The translations under genes were made by a program, and so were the position numbers. Source: an uncultured Solirubrobacterales bacterium (lineage in GTDB: Bacteria > Actinomycetota > Thermoleophilia > Solirubrobacterales > Solirubrobacteraceae). Taken from it: DNA of 64,000 bases. The notes beneath the pieces are model-generated. The model was not told the DNA's origin. It was given only the letters and a program-made list of their open reading frames with translations, and ran no database searches. Numbering within the stretch: position 1 is the first letter of the stretch; every line of letters starts with the position of its first letter. The stretch is taken from contig CAWDRI010000001.1 of the NCBI GenBank assembly GCA_963804675.1, forward strand, positions 2,663,842 to 2,727,841, in the 5' to 3' direction. Positions 61,239 to 64,000 of the stretch are shown in pieces.

Positions 61239-62428
61239 CGGCCGGTGACCTGCACGGCGATGCCGGTCGCAAGGCGCGGGGGCGGGAGGGTCGCGGCGAC
61301 CATGCCGGTGAGCGAGGGGATCGCCAGGCCAACGCCAACGCCGCCGATCAGCATGCCGGGCAGGAAGTCGGCCGCGTAGTGCGGCGCGGCGCCGAGGTAG
61401 GCGATCCACCAGACGCCGCCGAGTGCGAACAGCGCACAGCCGAGCGCGCCGATGCGGCTCGCTCCGAAGCGCCGGCCCAGCCGCGCGCCGGGGATCGCGC
61501 TGGCCGCCGCGAGCGCGGGGCCGGGCGCGATCATCAGGCCGGCGGTGAGCGTGGAGCGCTGCCAGACGCCGGTGAGGAACAGCACACAGGCGAGCAGCAT
61601 CGCGGCAAAGGCGGCGAAGAACAGCACGGAGGCTAGCCCGGCCAGGCGGAACTGGCGGACGGCCAGCAGCGCCGGCTCGACGATCGGCGCGGGGTGGCGC
61701 GCGATGCGCCGCGCGACAACGGCGAGCAGCACAGCCGACACAGCGAGCAGCCCGAGTACGCGCGCCCCGCCCCACCCCCAGGCTTCGCCCTGCACAATCG
61801 CGGCAACGAGCGCGGCGACGGCGACCGTGAGCAGGCCGGCGCCAAGGAAGTCGGGGGTCGCCGGCTCGGGGTGGCGGCGCTCGTCGAGGATGCGCACACC
61901 GGCCACGAGCGCGGCGAGGCCGACGGGCACGTTGACGAGGAAGACCCAGCGCCAGCTGGCCTGCACGAGCAGGCCGCCGAGCGGCGGGCCGGCCGCCGCG
62001 GCGATCCCCCCGATCGCCGCCCACGCGCCGATCGCGACGTGGCGGCGCTCGGGCGGGAACTCAGGCAGCAGCAGGCCGAGCGAGGCGGGCATCAAGAGCG
62101 CGGCGCCGAGCCCCTGCACGGCCCGCGCGGCGATCAGCAGCCCGATCGAGGGCGCCGCAGCGCAGGCCGCTGAGGCGGCGGTGAAGATCGCGACGCCGAG
62201 CAGGAAGGAGCGCTTGCGCCCGAACGCGTCCGACCAGCGGCCGGCGACGACGAGGAAGGCCGCAAAGACGATTGTGTAGGCGTTGAGCACCCAGGAGAGC
62301 GTCCCCAGGCTGGTGCCCGCGAAGTGCGCGCCGATCTGCGGGAAGGCGATGTTGACGATGAACAGGTCGAGCCCCGCCATGAACACGCCGGCGACGACCA
62401 CACTCAGCACCTGCCATTTGCGCTCCAT
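60959..62428 (-). CDS. MFS transporter, DHA2 family
   Basis: FMAGLDLFIVNIAFP, GRWSDAFGRKR, ARAVQGLG, GPPLGG..WRWVFLVNVP. Confidence 0.9.
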   Translation of the reverse strand: MERKWQVLSVVVAGVFMAGLDLFIVNIAFPQIGAHFAGTSLGTLSWVLNAYTIVFAAFLVVAGRWSDAFGRKRSFLLGVAIFTAASAACAAAPSIGLLIAARAVQGLGAALLMPASLGLLLPEFPPERRHVAIGAWAAIGGIAAAAGPPLGGLLVQASWRWVFLVNVPVGLAALVAGVRILDERRHPEPATPDFLGAGLLTVAVAALVAAIVQGEAWGWGGARVLGLLAVSAVLLAVVARRIARHPAPIVEPALLAVRQFRLAGLASVLFFAAFAAMLLACVLFLTGVWQRSTLTAGLMIAPGPALAAASAIPGARLGRRFGASRIGALGCALFALGGVWWIAYLGAAPHYAADFLPGMLIGGVGVGLAIPSLTGMVAATLPPPRLATGIAVQVTGRQLGSALGAAALIAAVGTARTAGDFAGAWRLMLVSSLLAGLVLVSARRASTAAPSATAASASSVTVSPRPAAAALTPAAVARAAPPAEPTVAP

Positions 62429-62460
62429 CTCGCACCGCCTTTCTCTGTCAGGCTATGAGT

Positions 62461-62506
62461 TGCATGACGGGATGCACACTACCACGAACGGTTGCATCAA
62501 ACAACC
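62461..62506. promoter_or_regulatory. Operator candidates between MFS and HxlR genes
   Basis: TGCAT-N6-ATGCA (62461-62476) and GGTTG-N7-CAACC (62490-62506). Confidence 0.4.
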
Positions 62507-62567
62507 AAAAGGCTGGGAGCGCCCTTTCGACGGGATGCAGGGGGTTCGCTGGTAAAGTGAGCGGGGG

Positions 62568-63062
62568 ATGTTGGGCAACGACTACAAGGGTCTGAACTGC
62601 TCGATCGCGCGTACGCTCGAGCTGATCGGGGAGCGCTGGAGCATCCTGATCCTGCGCGACGTGTTCATCGGCGTGCGCCGCTTCGACGCGATCCAGCAGG
62701 ATCTCGGGGTCGCGCGCAACGTGCTCGCCGCGCGCCTGGACCGCCTCGTCGACGTCGGCATCCTCGAGCGCCGCCCCTACCAGGAGCGCCCGCTGCGCCA
62801 TGAATACCGGCTCACCGAGAAGGGCCTCGACCTGTGGCCGATCATCGTCGAGATCCTGCGCTGGGGCGACCGCCACGCCCCCGCGCCCGGGGGGCCGCCG
62901 ATCGTGTTGCGCCACCGCGAGTGCGGCGGGCTGCTGGACGAGTGGCGCATCTGCGAAAACTGCGGCAAGCCGCTGACGGTGCGTGACGTGCGCGCCGAAC
63001 CTGGGCCGGGCGCGCTCGCGGCGGGCCCCGACTCGTGGCCCGGCACGCTGGCGGCGGCCTGA
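62568..63062 (+). CDS. HxlR-family winged-helix regulator
   Basis: CSIARTLELIGERWSILILRD..GVRRFD..EYRLTEKGLDL. Confidence 0.92.
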   Translation: MLGNDYKGLNCSIARTLELIGERWSILILRDVFIGVRRFDAIQQDLGVARNVLAARLDRLVDVGILERRPYQERPLRHEYRLTEKGLDLWPIIVEILRWGDRHAPAPGGPPIVLRHRECGGLLDEWRICENCGKPLTVRDVRAEPGPGALAAGPDSWPGTLAAA

Positions 63063-63212
63063 GGACCACAGGCGAGCGGTTCGCCACATCCTGTCGTAAC
63101 ACCCTCGCGGCACGCGAGCGCGAGCGCGGTGTGAAGCTAGCGTTATAAGCGTGTTGAGAGCATTGCTATTACGCTAGAAAAATACCATCGGTGTTAAGCT
63201 ATTCGCAAATCA

Positions 63213-63245
63213 TTGCCTTTGGCATTGATTCTAAGCTATAATAGC
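63213..63245 (+). promoter_or_regulatory. Sigma70-type promoter with palindrome over -10
   Basis: TTGCCT (63213-63218), 18 bp, TATAAT (63237-63242); GCTAT-A-ATAGC palindrome; ATG 8 nt downstream. Confidence 0.6.
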
Positions 63246-63250
63246 ACCCG

Positions 63251-64000
63251 ATGAGTGGTAGAGTGGTCCGATCGGTCGGCGAGAAGTCCGCGATCGTTCT
63301 CGAGGAGATAGCGGAGAGACGACGACGTTCTGTTTCTCTCCACGGCGACGAAGCCTGGCTGCGAGAGATTTCGAACGACCCCGCTCAGCTGCTACGAGAC
63401 ATGGCTGGTCGCAGGCTGCTGTACAAAGTCGGCGCGGGACGCTACGTGGTCGCCCCACCTGCAACCTTCGCCCTGGAGCAGGCGGCGCCGATCGAGCTGC
63501 TGGTAGACCTGCGGCTCCGCGGTCAAGGCGACTACTACCTCAGTTTCCTGACGGGCCTCATTGGGCACCGGCTCACCGACCAGCACTCCACCCGAGTGTT
63601 CGCAGCGATCCGCCAGAAAAGTTCCTACCGACGAGGCGAGACCGAGATCGATGGCTACCGCCTCCACACCACTCGCCTCGCCGATTCGGTCTGGCCGCAC
63701 GGCGACGAGATCGAAGAGGTTCGCGCCTTCGATCGCGACGCCGAGTTCTACCGCCGCGCGACAGTTGAGCGGACGCTCGTCGATGCGCTTGCACGACCCG
63801 TCGAGAGCGGCGGATTCGAGACAGTCATTCAAGCATGGGCTCGCGCCGCCCGCGCGCACACAAACTGGGACCGGGTCGCAGAACTGGCCGGCCGGCAGGG
63901 AGCGGCAATGGTCCGCCGCGTTGCGTACTTGCTCCGACTACTCGGGTTCGATCCTGTCGCCAACCGGCACTTCGCCCACATCGGCGGCCGCGGCGCAAGC
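63251..64000 (+). CDS. AbiEi-family (type IV TA) antitoxin, 3' truncated by window
   Basis: Not in ORF track because it has no stop in the window; LLYKVGAGRYVV, YYLSFLTGLIGHRLTDQ, ATVERTLVDALARP..SGG, VRRVAYLL. Confidence 0.75.
   Translation, partial: MSGRVVRSVGEKSAIVLEEIAERRRRSVSLHGDEAWLREISNDPAQLLRDMAGRRLLYKVGAGRYVVAPPATFALEQAAPIELLVDLRLRGQGDYYLSFLTGLIGHRLTDQHSTRVFAAIRQKSSYRRGETEIDGYRLHTTRLADSVWPHGDEIEEVRAFDRDAEFYRRATVERTLVDALARPVESGGFETVIQAWARAARAHTNWDRVAELAGRQGAAMVRRVAYLLRLLGFDPVANRHFAHIGGRGAS

Overview
High-GC actinobacterial DNA. Gene content (NucS, the 1017-aa repeat surface protein, DUF1800/DUF1501) suggests Thermoleophilia/Solirubrobacterales, but this is inference. 1-19.6 kb is mostly housekeeping: sucA 3' end, enoyl-CoA hydratase, nucS, tatA, ettA, thioesterase, cupin, M42 peptidase, acnA, a GGDEF protein and a large secreted protein, plus a solo restriction-endonuclease/STAND-NTPase gene and a VapBC pair. 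About 19.7-48.4 kb is a visibly lower-GC, all-minus-strand accessory region. It opens with an HTH/nucleotidyltransferase pair, followed by a ~20 kb array of orphan RHS/YD 3' cassettes, and closes with large secreted proteins (14-repeat Cys propeller, S53 protease). Four RHS cassettes share a non-canonical core lacking DPxG and end in four highly divergent but homologous Cys-rich tips, each coupled to a lipoprotein gene (5 intact paralogues of one family, 2 copies of another, several stubs), with kb-scale duplications and chimeric junctions. This array is the best candidate for an undescribed system: a recombination-diversified surface ligand/lipoprotein-partner locus. 48.5-64 kb holds a PadR-ABC exporter operon with one degenerate ATPase, an SDR, DUF1800-DUF1501-cupredoxin, LysR/MFS, MFS/HxlR and the start of an AbiEi-type antitoxin. 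No rRNA, tRNA, CRISPR or intact transposase/integrase was recognised. All family calls come from motif recognition by eye, not database searches.
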